64,000 bases of DNA from Octopus bimaculoides (lineage: Eukaryota): assembly GCF_001194135.2 (NCBI RefSeq), contig NC_068997.1:6546008-6610007 (forward strand). The letters run 5' to 3'. Below, piece after piece: positions 11,970 to 24,009 of the stretch; position 1 is the stretch's first letter, and the number at the start of each line of letters is the position of its first letter. The translations under genes and the position numbers were made by a program. Under the pieces are notes generated by a model. It was not told the DNA's origin. It was given only the letters and a program-made list of their open reading frames with translations, and did no database searches.

Positions 11970-13090
11970 ATATGATCATCCTTTAATGTCTGTTGCCCAT
12001 GCTGGCATGGGTTGGACAGTCTGACCAGGGCTGGAGAGCTGGAAGGCAGCACCAGACTCCAGTCTGATTTGGTATGGTTTTCTATAGCTGGATGCCCTTC
12101 CTAACGCCAACCACTCCAAGAGTGTAATGGGTGCTTTTATGTACCACTGGCACAGGTGCCATTTGCATGACACCAGTATCTGCCACGACTGCAATTTTAC
12201 TCGTCTCGATGGGTCTTCTTCTCAAGCACAGCATAATGTCAAAGGTCTCAGTCATTGCCTCTGTGACGCCCAACTCTCAAAAGGAACTCAGCCACTTTGC
12301 TTCCATGAGGCCCAATGCTCCAACAGTGCTCTTTACGTGCCACCGGCATGGGTGCCAACCGTGTGACACCAACACCAGCCATGACTACGATTTCACCTGG
12401 CTTGATGGGTCTTTTCAAGCACAGCATATCACCAAAGGTCTCAGTCACTACTCATTGCTTCTGTGAGGCCCAAAGTTCAAAGATCATACTTCACCACCTC
12501 ATCCCATGTCTACCTCTACCACAGGTTCCCACCACAGTTAGAGATCGGCATTTCTTTACACAGCTGCACTCGTTCATACGCATCACATGACCATACCAGC
12601 ACAGTTGTCTCTCTTGCACACCACCTCTTATGCCTAACTTTGCTCTCAAGATGCTTACACTGTTAAACATGCACACTGATATTGCACATCCAGTGAAGCA
12701 TACTGGCTTCATTTCACAGTCCATGTTTCACTGCCATGTAGCATGGCTGTTTGCACACAGGCATCATACAGTCTAACTTTCACTCTGAGAGAGAGACCCT
12801 TTGCTGCCAGCAGAGGTAGAAGCTCTCTGAACTTTGCCCAGTCTAATCTTATTCTTACAGCTACGCTCTCAGAACATTCCTCTCCACTACTTCTAGCTTG
12901 TTCCCTTGGCAGTTGATGGAGTCTATTTTCTGCACATTTTCAGCATTTATTGTACCTGTGCATCTTCCACATACAAAAGCTAGTTTCCGTGTTAACCTTC
13001 CTCTGATATTGCTGCACCTTTTGCATCCAAAGCTTACACATGTAATGGAGTTTCTACCTACGCCTTTTCTACAAAGCGAGCAGGGACAGA
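11970..13090 (-). mobile_element. 5'-truncated, decayed RTE LINE (PHD insert, RT C-terminus, 3' UTR, ATG-type tail)
   Basis: PCSLCRKGVGRNSI...CKLW.KRCSNIRGRLTRKLAFVCGRC; WYGHVMRMNECSCVKKCRSLTVVGTCGRGR; duplicated ORF-end/UTR block at about 12133-12285 and 12322-12480. Confidence 0.85.
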
Positions 13091-13649
13091 ATCCATGTTG
13101 CCATGGAAAACCTTAAAAGTGAATGCTAAATAGCAAGATGCTCTTAATGGAAGGGAAGAAAGTGATCAAACACTGACCAGAGAGAAACTTCTCTCGGGTA
13201 ACTTCTGATGATTACTGAACCTACTTAACAAATAAAAAAGGCAAACTAAAGAGTAGTAAATTTACAGTAACAACAGCTACTACAACTACTGTTGCTGTAT
13301 AATAACAAAGTAATATATTCTATGAAACATAAAACCATAGTAAAAACTAACAGCTTTATTCTATCTACCAATATAAGGGACATAACTCAACCTCTATGCA
13401 ATCATTTGACCTGTGAGATATAACTTTGACCCAAGTCTCGTTGAAATCATACTCTACAGTCATCTTTAAAAAAAACATAAGGTTACACTGGACAACTTAA
13501 AAAAAGGACAGGATGGTCAAGGCTGGAACAGCCATTATCACAGGCCGGCTCACTGACTTGGGAGTAAACAAACAACAACTAAAATCCATATTTACATCAA
13601 TATCTATTTTAGAAAAATATGAAGAAATAAGTTAAAAATTATGACATAC

Positions 13650-13740
13650 CTGTAATTGACATGCTTCCCATTGAAGCCACATATCTACCTGGGTATCAAT
13701 ATTAGCATCATTCATAACAACATCTCCGCTGAGCAGATAT
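13650..13740 (-). CDS. MARS1: MARS1 exon 3
   Basis: 91 nt, YLLSGDVVMNDANIDTQVDMWLQWEACQLQ (cf. NQWLEWEATELQ); AG/GT, phase-consistent. Confidence 0.9.
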
Positions 13741-14771
13741 CTGTGAAGACAATGGAGAGAATTTGTTTCCGTAAAAAAAAAAATCAATAATTATGAAGAC
13801 AACTTATAACTGACTACAAAAAGATATAAAAGAAATATTCTCATTATAAATGGAATGGGTAGAGAAAAGTTTGATCTGATAGCATGGCACCTGGGACAAG
13901 TGTCTTTTATCATAGCCTCTAATTGGTCTTGTGGAATTTAGCAGACACAAACTATGCAGAAGCATGTATGTGAGTTTGACTTGTTAGGGATGCACATATC
14001 AAAAAAAAAAACCCCCAAAACTATTACACTTGGAAAAAAAGATCTTTGTAATATCTGTTCAGCACCAAATTGCATACAAATCCTTTGTCACTCGCGCTAT
14101 CAGAAATGCAGTGAACAAGTTGGAATCTTCAAACATCTATGGCATAATGGCTGGCTTTATCTCTGCTCTGACTGGCAGATGGCAACGCTTCAGGCTATAG
14201 ATTCAACTTGAGATAGCAGCTAGACTTGTGCGGCAAATAATATGACAAAATAGAGATTAATCTGTATCAATTAAGGAAGATACATTCCTCATTCTAGTCT
14301 CGAAGTGTTAAACAAAAGGCAAAGATTGATCTTCTACTTGACAGTTCAGCTGACATTAAAGTTTTGACTTATAAATCACTGGTGACAACAAAAAGAAATG
14401 GTTTCACAATCAATTTCTTTTTCCTTGTAGTTAGTATAGGTCGAGGACTACCATCACCCGGAGCTTTTGTAGGTTCTCACTAAATAAGAGAGCTTAATGC
14501 AGTTAAAAAATCAGCTTTAACTTGTGCAGGGGTTAATCCTATCTAGGAAATATAGATACATGCCGGATGGCAGAAGACCATAGTTCTGGGAAGTAAAATT
14601 GGGTGAAGTGTTTAACATGGAGTTCAGGAAGTGAGACACAGAAGAAATGACAAGAGAAGAGAACGATACATCAAGTGGCATCAAGTTTACGAGGTAAAAG
14701 AAGAGAGGGAGGAAAAGAAAAGAGAAAAAAAAAAGGAAAACGGGGACGACTTTCTATTTATTGAATATTAC

Positions 14772-14862
14772 CTGGTGGCTGAGTTTGTTGAAAACAAGAA
14801 ATCATCTTTAGCCAATTCCAAGACTGGCAGTTGCGTTTTTGACAAATAGGGAACAATTCTTT
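14772..14862 (-). CDS. MARS1: MARS1 exon 2 (GST-like domain)
   Basis: AG/GT bounded, 91 nt, (E)RIVPYLSKTQLPVLELAKDDFLFSTNSAT(R); resembles [23 protein letters not shown] of vertebrate MetRS. Confidence 0.9.
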
Positions 14863-14949
14863 CTACAAATGAATGAAACGATGCATTAGATAATTAAATG
14901 ACAAAACAATAGAAGCTAAATAAACAGGATAAATACAATGATAAAGCAA

Positions 14950-17165
14950 CATCATCATCATTATCATCATCATTTAACGTCCGCTTTCCAGGCTAGCATG
15001 GGTTGGACGATTTGACTGGTGAACCAGATGGCTGCACCATGCTCCTATCTGATCTGGCAGAGTTTCTATAGCTGGATGCCCTTCCTAACGCCAACCACTC
15101 CAAGAGTGTAGTGGGTGCTTTTACATGCCACCGGCACGAGGGCCAGTCAGGTGGTACTGGCAACGGCCAAACTCAAAATGGTGTTTTTTACATGCCACCT
15201 GCACAGGAGCCAGTCCAGAGGCTCTGGCAACGACCTCGCTCGAATGTTTTTTTTTCTACGTGCCACCGGCACAAGTGCCAGTAAGGCGACGCTGGTAACG
15301 ATCATGCTCAAATGGTGCTATCTACATGCCACTGGCACAGAAGCCAGACAGCTGATCTGGCAATGAACACGCTCAGACAGTGCTGTTAGTGCTCCACTGG
15401 CACTGGTGCCATTCATCGAATTTGGTTCAATTACGATTTCAATTTCACTTGCTCCAACAGGTATTCGCAAGCCGAGTTTAGTGTCCAATGAAGGAGAGGT
15501 TGGCATGGGTGCCAGTCGTCGAATTTGGTTCGATTTCGATTTCATTTGCCTCAACAGGTCTTCGCAAGCATAGTTTAGTGTCCAGTGATGAAGAGGTACG
15601 CCTAAGTGGGCTGGCTACACCCCTGGCAGAGGTCATGGATTATGGTCTCACTTGGCTTACCGGGTCTTCTCACGCACTGCATATTTCCAAAGGTCTCGGT
15701 CAGTAGCCATTGCTTTGGTGAGGCCTAATGTTCGAAGGTCGTGCTTCACCACCTCATCCCAGGTCTTCCTGGGTCTACCTCTTCCAGAGGTTCCCTCAAC
15801 TGCCAGGATGTGGCACTTTTTCACACAGCTATCCTCATCCATTCTTGCCACATGACCATACCNNNNNNNNNNCAACTGATGCTTCTTATGTTCAACTTTT
15901 CTCTCAAGATACTTACGCTCTGTCGGGTATGCACACTGACATTACACATCCATCAGAGCATACTGGCTTCATTCCTTGTGAGCCTACGCATGTCCTCAGC
16001 AGTCACGGCCCATGCTTCACTGCCATGAAGCATGGCTGTTCGTACACATGTGTCATACATTCTGCCTTTTAGTCTGAGCGAGAGGCCCCTTGTCACCAGC
16101 AGAGGTAAGAGCTCTCTGAACTTTGCCCAGGCTATTTTTATTCTAGCAGCTACACTTTCAGTGCACCCTCTCCCACTACTAACTTGGTCACCTAGATAGC
16201 GGAAGCTATCAACTACTTCTAGTTTTTCTCCCTGGAATGTGGCAAAAGTTGTTTNNNNNNNNNNNNNNNNNNNNNNNNNNNNNNNNNNNNNNNNNNNNNN
16301 NNNNNNNNNNNNNNNNNNNNNNNNNNNNNNNNNNNNNNNNNNNNNNNNNNNNNNNNNNNNNNNNNNNNNNNNNNNNNNNNNNNNNNNNNNNNNNNNNNNN
16401 NNNNNNNNNNNNNNNNNNNNNNNNNNNNNNNNNNNNNNNNNNNNNNNNNNNNNNNNNNNNNNNNNNNNNNNNNNNNNNNNNNNNNNNNNNNNNNNNNNNN
16501 NNNNNNNNNNNNNNNNNNNNNNNNNNNNNNNNNNNNNNNNNNNNNNNNNNNNNNNNNNNNNNNNNNNNNNNNNNNNNNNNNNNNNNNNNNNNNNNNNNNN
16601 NNNNNNNNNNNNNNNNNNNNNNNNNNNNNNNNNNNNNNNNNNNNNNNNNNNNNNNNNNNNNNNNNNNNNNNNNNNNNNNNNNNNNNNNNNNNNNNNNNNN
16701 NNNNNNNNNNNNNNNNNNNNNNNNNNNNNNNNGTGACTCAGCAATTAGAGCAAGGTCATCAGCATAGAGGAGCCCCCAGGGGCATCCTGTCTTGAATTCC
16801 TGTGTTATTGCCTGGAGGACTATGATAAATAGGAGGGGGCTGAGGACTGAACCTTGGTGGACCGCTACCTCTACCCGGAATTCTTCACTGTACTCATTGC
16901 CAACCGTCACCTTACTGACAGCGTCCCTGTACATGGCTTGCACAGCTCTCACTAACCATTCATTTATCCCTAGTTTCCTCATTGACCACCAGATAAGGGA
17001 TCGGGGGATCCTGTCAAAGGCTTTCTCCATGTCAACGAAAGCCAGGTACAAAGGTTTGTCTTTGGTCAGGTATTTCTCCTGCAGCTGTCTTACCAGAAAT
17101 ATAGCATCAGTGGTGCTTTTCCCTGACATGAACTCAAGCTGCATCTCATCTAAACTGACTCTCTC
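14950..17165 (-). mobile_element. 5'-truncated RTE-clade LINE (RT domain, C-terminus, 3' UTR, (ATG)n tail), spanning two gaps
   Basis: STTDAIFLVRQLQEKY...FVDMEKAFDRIPR...HQGSVLSPLLFIIVL...LLYADDLALIAES; after the gap EVVDSFRYLGDQV; ends GRPRKTWDEVVKHDLRTLGL...KTR* at 15657. Confidence 0.95.
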
Positions 17166-17384
17166 CTTACAGGGATAAATAAGTAAAAACAACACAATTA
17201 GAAATCAATAATGTCCAGCATGGAAACTAAAAAGCAGCACCTAAATCTGTATTTTTTTCACTCAAAACTTGGCCTCAGAACTGAAATGGCCATTGCTATT
17301 TCATTTAATAAGATAGTAATTTGAATTACTGTTCATTTTCCATGGTGGCAAAAGACACACAGAAACAAATACAAATATATATGG

Positions 17385-17570
17385 CATAGACGTGGCTGTG
17401 TGGTAAGAAGTTTGCTTCCCAACCACATGGTTCTGTGTTCAGTTCCACTTGCATGGCACCTTGGACAAGTGTCTTTTGCTATATCCTTGGGCCACCCAAA
17501 GCCTTGTGAGTAGATTCAGTAGACAGAAACTGAAAGAAGCCCACTGTACATACATGTGAGTCTGTGTTTG
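17385..17570 (+). mobile_element. tRNA-headed SINE family B (gtggtaagaagtttgcttcccaaccacatgg)
   Basis: Further copies at about 3905-4055(-), 5268-5425(+), 13870-13975(+), 39740-39900(-) and 41040-41210(-). Confidence 0.8.
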
Positions 17571-17649
17571 CCCCACCCTCATCACCACCACTTTCTTTAT
17601 GGTACTTGCTATTATTTACAAATCTGTTTATTTATAGTTGTCTTCTTTC

Positions 17650-17990
17650 TTTTCTATAACTACAAAATGTTTTATTCAAAATACGAACAGGAATATATTT
17701 AACAAAAGAAAATAAAAAACAAAAAAAGGGAGAAAAGAAAACAAAACATCAATGCAGTACCAAAAGTGCTTCAATTGGTCGCACATCACAAGGTTTAAGG
17801 GAACCTACTGAAGCAAGCCAACATACGGCGTTACCCCGGGCGATAGTAAGGCTAAGGCATTGGAAAAGCCAAGCACCCTCACAGACATCACCTGATACGT
17901 TGGTAAGGCAAGATGAAATGCTGAGGTAAAAAATTCTTCAACTGCAATGGTCCAGAAACATAAATACTATTCATACATCTAACTACATTT
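17650..17990 (-). mobile_element. CRE-like (restriction-like endonuclease) non-LTR retrotransposon 3' end
   Basis: YLCFWTIAVE...SSCLTNVSGDVCEGAWLFQCLSLTIARGNAVCWLAS...* (stop 17749-17751); T-rich 3' UTR and AATAAA at 17671-17676. Confidence 0.7.
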
Positions 17991-19282
17991 AAAGTCACCA
18001 AACTATTCCAACTGAAATCATTTGAATTTATTAGACCATGACCCTCAGATTAGGAGATATTTAAGCTCATTTCAGTTATGGCATAAGATGAGACTTTTAG
18101 TTAATACCATATTTAAAAAGCAGACAAATAATGTCTGTATATAAAAATAGTGAACCTGGACTTGAAATCAATCAAAGAATACACTATATGACATGGAAAC
18201 ATTAAAAAACTGAAATGCTCACCATTCAGTAAGCCTTTTGTTTTAATTGCTCACATCTTCTCAACTTGTGAACCAACTTGCCATTAAAGAAATGCAATTT
18301 TGCAGAGAGCTGAGGAATTACCTCTCCCCATGTTATTATCAAACACGAAAACAATAAAGACGGTTCCCATTCTGGAAAAGTATGAAAATTTTTTTTAGGG
18401 GGAATCGCATGACCGTGACATATAGAACACATTATCGAAAACGAAAATCGCCAAAATTAAAAAATAAAAAAGTTACAGCCATTTCCAATGTCCACCGTTC
18501 AGATGACTCTAGTATTCTACGACAGATGGTTCGTTAAGTAGAGCGTATGTACGTGTCTGAAAAATAATGGGTGTACATATGAGTGTGTATTAATGTATGT
18601 ACGTAAATATGAAAGCGGTATTCCTTCACTATAAACGAAAGAATACCATAAAAACTAATGTGTGTGTGTGTGTGTGTGTGTGTGTTCGGCTTTATGTATT
18701 TGTATTCATTCACACTCGAGCACACACAGACACGTACACCCATTAACCTTTATACACACCTACATATTTCTTTCTTTTTTTTTGTCATGGTCGATAAACT
18801 AAGAAGTACCAGATGAGCATTGGGGTTGATGTAAAGGACCTTTCCCACCTCCCACCAAATTGCTGGCCTTGTGCCAAAATTTGAAACCAATATATGTTCG
18901 ATGCGTGTGAATAGAAATTCGTTCGGTCCAAACAAGATTGTCAAAGTCTATTGTTTAATTATAATAAAATTTTGGCAATCCTCTAAGTTACACGGTTTGT
19001 CTCTTGTTTTTTTTTCTTTTGAGATTTGTTCTGAGTTAAAAGAAAATAAAAAGTAACAAAAAGTGTTGATATTATTAAACGTCCCGCGCTCAGACGAGAA
19101 ATGTTTTTCCTTTAATTCCATTTGAACCAAAAACGATATATTCTGACTCGATTAATTATTTTATTTTATTAAAAGTGAAACAATAAAAAAAGTTCAATGA
19201 AGGGATTTGAATTCAGAAGGAAAAGCACTCTAACCACTCTACCGATCGATTGGAGGTATGAACTGAATGAAAGAGCACTTAC

Positions 19283-19397
19283 CATCTTTCTTCCTATGAA
19301 CAACATTAATATTTCTGTTGGATAAGTTTACAGCAATAAATAATTTTAGAGTTTCTGGATTATTGGCGACGTCCGTGTGGAGAGTCGGAAGAGCCAT
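19283..19397 (-). CDS. MARS1: Methionyl-tRNA synthetase (cytoplasmic), coding exon 1, GST-like N-domain start
   Basis: ATG at 19397; MALPTLHTDVANNPETLKLFIAVNLSNRNINVVHRKKD; 115 nt, donor GTAAGT, phase 1 matches the next exon. Confidence 0.85.
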
Positions 19398-19451
19398 GGT
19401 TGAAACTCTCTAACGTTAGAAGGGAGATAAGTCAGTATTAGTACTCCCGAT

Positions 19452-20385
19452 TGTAAAGGTACTGACGACATCGGGCAGGCTCTAGAGGTGGTCGCTTAGA
19501 TAGCTAGAAATAACAGTCGAATCTCCTTCGTTAACCATTTCGCATACACCTAGTTGCTGAAAAATCTCTATTTAAGAACAGTAACAATTTTAAGAGGTTA
19601 ATAGGTAAGGATATCAAAGTAAGAAAACAAAATGATAAGAAATATATTTAACTTACATTTAATGAAGCATGGTATTAAAATTTGCGGTAGGGAAGAGATA
19701 AAGGTAAACCCTAAAAGAGGAGGTAGTAGGTATGGGAGGAGTGAGGGCAGTTGGAGGTATTCCGACCAAAGAGATTTTATAAGTTGTAATGTTACAAATG
19801 TTATTACAAATATGATTTTATAGTTTCTAGGGGGTATATAATTAGGAGACTTACTCATATAAAAGCCATTACAAATATACATAATACGATCAGTAGGGGG
19901 AGAACATCATAGAACGGAAAACAATAGTTTAATCACCAAAAACATGATGAAGTCAGACTAACTAAGCAGGAGTTTTCATAGGAGAATAATTACATGTAGC
20001 ACACCACATACCATAACATGTAGCTTATAACATATGCAATGCAATTTAGTTCACCATATAACTCAACATCCCATGATTTTATTATATTTAATACTAGAGG
20101 GTAAGTTTACAACAGATATGACACCAAAATTAATCTCCACCATCAAAAGTAGTGAGGGCTGTTGGAGATATTCCGACCAAAGAGGATTTACTCTCCACTG
20201 TAAAGGTACTGACGACATCAGGCAGGATCTAGAGGTGGTCGCTTAAATAGCTAGAAATAACAGTCGAATCTCCTTCGTTAACCATTTCCCATACACCTAG
20301 TAGCTGAAAAATCTCTATTTAAGAACAGTAACAATTTTAAGAGATAAGAGGTTGATAGGTAAGGTTATCAAAGTAAGAAAACAAA
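19452..20385 (+). repeat. Local direct duplication immediately upstream of the MARS1 ATG
   Basis: 19452-19631 and 20199-20385 are near-identical (second copy has a 7-bp insertion); a second 38-bp pair lies at 19741-19779 and 20152-20189. Confidence 0.9.
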
Positions 20386-20724
20386 GTATGGTTAAAGAGG
20401 GACCAGTGGAAAGGCTCAAGTCTGACTGGTGGGTGTTTTGCTATGGTTGAAAGATCTAAGAGGAAGGTAGTGATGGGGTGCTAGAGCAAACAGTCAAGGA
20501 ACAAGAAGAGAGGACATGGAGGGTGTCTTGCTATAGAGAGGGATGTAGATGGCAGAAGGAGCTAAGAATGAGATAGTGATAAGGTGCTAAAGCAAACTGT
20601 CAAGAAACAAGCAACAAGAAGGTAAGCATAAGAGAGGATGAGTGAGTGTGGATGCTTTCATCCACAGTGTGAAGAGGAAATAAGATGGGAAACACCAGTT
20701 TGCAGAGGGGTGAGATGGGAGAGT

Positions 20725-21095
20725 GGAGGCGCAATGGCCCAGTGGCTAGGGCAACGGACTTGCGGTCATAGGATCGCGGTTTCGATTCCCAGACCGGGCG
20801 TTGTGAGTGTTTATTGAGCGAAAACATCTAAAGCTCCACGAGGCTCTGGCAGGGGATGGTGGCGAACCCTGCTGTACCCTTTCACCACAACTTTCTCTCA
20901 CTCTTTCTTCCTGTTTCTGTTGTGCCTGTAATTCAAAGGGTCAGCCTTGTCACGCTGAATATCCCCAAGAACTACGTTAAGGGTACACATGTCTGTGGAG
21001 TGCTCAGCCACTTGCACGTTAATTTCACGAGCAGGCTGTTCCGTTGATCGGATCAACTGGAACCCTCGACGTTGTAAGCGACGGAGTGCCAACAA
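20725..21095 (+). mobile_element. Well-preserved tRNA-derived SINE with target-site duplication
   Basis: A-box tggcccagtgg, B-box ggtttcgattccc, tRNA-Arg-like head, aacaa tail; TSD-like tgagatgggagagt (20711-20724) and tgagaggggagaaa (21096-21109). Decayed copy at about 47470-47750. Confidence 0.85.
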
Positions 21096-23299
21096 TGAGA
21101 GGGGAGAAATAGGAATGACCCAGGAAAGAGAACAGCACAGACAGCATTGATTCTTTTAGGATTTTATTTAAAAATTTAATGAAACAATTTAAGGTTTTTA
21201 ATTGAACTACATAACATTTCTGTCACAAGATTGTTTTTGCTGATTTTATCAGAAAGAATTCCTTACATTGATGCAAGACCAAAAATCTAAGGAAGGGAGA
21301 AGGATGTAGACAGTTGTATGAAACCCAGTATATTACAGGTATTTCTTTCATCAATCTTAGAGGAATAAACAATGAAGTCAGGATTTGAATTTAGAATGCA
21401 GAAAGATAGAATTAAATGCAGTATGGTTATGTTCTTAATTCTTCACTCTTTGGTAACATTAAATAAGGTTGTTGATTAGCAGAATCATTAAGAAAATCAA
21501 ATAAAATCCTTTGCAATATTTTAGTAATGGCTAAAGCAGAGAACTGGAAGAACCATTAGCATGTTGGGCAAAGTACTTAGCAGCATTTCACCCATCTGTC
21601 TAGTCTGAGATCAACTTCCACTGAGGTTGACTTTGTCTTTCATCCTTTTGGAGTTGATGAAAAAAAAGGTACCAGTTGCATACTGAGGTCAATCTAAGTG
21701 ATATACTCTCTTCCATGAAATTGCTGGCCTTGTGTCAAAATTTGAAACCAATATGTAGTGTAATGGCTATTTATATTCTGTGTTCAAATCCTGCCAAGAT
21801 CAACTTTACCTCTCACCTTTCTAGGGTCAATCCAGTACAGTGTCAGCCAGGTTTTGTAGATGAGATAATTAACTGGTTCTCCTTTTCCTCAAATTTGGGG
21901 CCTCATACCTTTGTCAGAAATCACTATTAATTAGAAGTAATTCTTGTAGATGTATAAACATGCTGTGTTTGGATTTGTACTAATATGAATAAGTCATCAA
22001 ACAAAATGCCTTTCAGAGTTTTATTATTTTTAATGTTCTGAGTTCAAATCCCACCATAGACAGCTTTGCCTTTCATCTTTCCTGGGTCAATAAAATAAAT
22101 TCTGGGCTCGATTCCAATCAACTCCGCCAATCTCCCAAAGTTGAAGTCATGTTCCTGCCTGGGTTAGAAATTGTTATTTTGAATAATAAATAACCTATGG
22201 TTACTCTACAGAACACATTATACAGATTGTCACCAACTTCTGTTAAATTTGTTTTGTTAAGCAAACAATGTTGTTCACTCAGCTAGAAATAACAACCAAA
22301 TCACTCAAATAACACTTCCTACCATATTGGAAAAGAAAACATTGAGTAATGTGGTCTTGGGTCTACTTTTCCTGGAAAAACAAGATAGGATGGTCATGGC
22401 TGGGATGTCTTTGATCATTGGGCAGCTTCATGAAGTTTAATTCGGGCCTAAAGTACTACTAAGGTTGCTGCTGCTACCTGTAGGGATTTCTTGAAATCAA
22501 CAATGTTACAGAAATAACTTACAAATACTTCTTTGAAAATCTTTCATTTCCTTCGTTAGAATAATTATAGATGCAAGTAGGGCCAAGTGATTAACAAGTT
22601 AGCTTCACAATCTCACAATTGTTGTTGTTTAATGCTTGGTACAATGTAGCTTCAGTTATGTAATAACCCATTTAATGAGCTATTTGAATTTCCTTTCCAT
22701 TCAAAAGTCTTTAACCAATAAAAAAAGTGTACAACAGATGATAGGAGTGTAAAGTAAAAAAAAAAAAAAAAAAAAAAGAAGGGAACTAGGCTGGTTTTTA
22801 AGTTGATCTTCTTGCTGTTCATAAATGAAATTAGAGCGTGTCTTTTTGAAAAGGAAAATGAAGAAACAGAAGCAGAAAAACAAGATTTGTGTTGTAACCT
22901 GATACTGTAAGAGAATGTTGTGATCACCTGAGTAATTTAGTAGGACAGTTTGTGTTATCATGTGTAAGTGAAAGAGAGGTATAGTATGTGTGAGAGAGAG
23001 TGGGGTGAGTGAAGAAATGTGAATGTTCTGTGCCATGGAGGGTCAGTTGTAATCTCATCAACGGATGAGATGAAACTTTTTTGAGGCAGATTTTCTATGG
23101 CTGGATGCCCTTCCTGTTACCAACCCTCACTTGGCTCCTAATATGATCATATTTTCCTCTGGCCAAATGATAGGGCAGCTTTTAAGCTAGCTCTTTGTGG
23201 AGGGCTCTTAACTGGGCCTTGGGTCCAACAATGACACTTCACGCATTGAGCACATATCAAATTTTATTAAACTTGACCAATTTTCATCAAAACAATGAT

Positions 23300-23892
23300 A
23301 TAATTTGTCAACTTGGAATTTATTGCGTAGCAACATGATACACCAATTTTACTGCAACTCTTTTCATTCACAATTCCTCGCTCAAAATTCGTTGGCAGGA
23401 GCTCCAGGACACACCAATCATATCAACAAGTTCGTTAATTGTTCGGTGATGGTTCCCCAAGATTAGTTCATGAATTTTCATGATGTTTTAACTCGTTTGG
23501 GAGGTCAATGGCCACCCTAAATAAGGCTGGTCTTCAAGCGACAAGTGACCATGCCTAAAGCATGTAAACCATTTTTAAACTTGTGTTCTGCACATGGCAC
23601 TGAGTCCATGTAAGCTGTTTGAAGCATGACAACTGTTTCGGCTGCTGTTTTCTCCAACAGAAAACAGAATTTCATGGAAGCATGCTGTTCCTTCATTTCA
23701 GCCATCGCAAAAATCGACGAGCTGGAGAGAAGCACTGCAAAACAAAGATGCACCACATGGCAGTATGACCTTACTCTATGATGCCATTTAGCAGACTGAT
23801 GCCTGAGGGTCACACCAAGTGGCAGAAGTCTGAACTACAACGAACTTGTCCCAAAGAGACTTTTTCCAGTTACTTTGGGGTACCTCTTTGTA
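23300..23892 (-). mobile_element. Mariner transposon 5' remnant (TIR and HTH of transposase)
   Basis: MAEMKEQHASMKFCFLLEKTAAETVVMLQTAY...GRPLTS...IHELI; TIR-like tacaaagaggtaccccaaagtaactggaaaaag at about 23860-23892 with TA end. Confidence 0.85.
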
Positions 23893-24009
23893 TTTATTGT
23901 CCATCGTCTACTCTGTTACTTTTTCTTTTTATCTTCTATTTAATTACGATGAGAAATAATGACATAATTTATGCGTTTAGAGAGACTTGGAAACAGCTGA
24001 CCAGTGCAA

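Noticed and set aside
15115-15410. CRISPR-like array of repeated tgccaccggcac units
   Set aside because: The units are diverged along their whole length with no unique spacers, lie in a LINE 3' UTR in a eukaryotic intron, and no cas genes are present.
20725-20800. tRNA gene
   Set aside because: The acceptor and anticodon stems do not pair properly and the sequence continues into a SINE body with a TSD.
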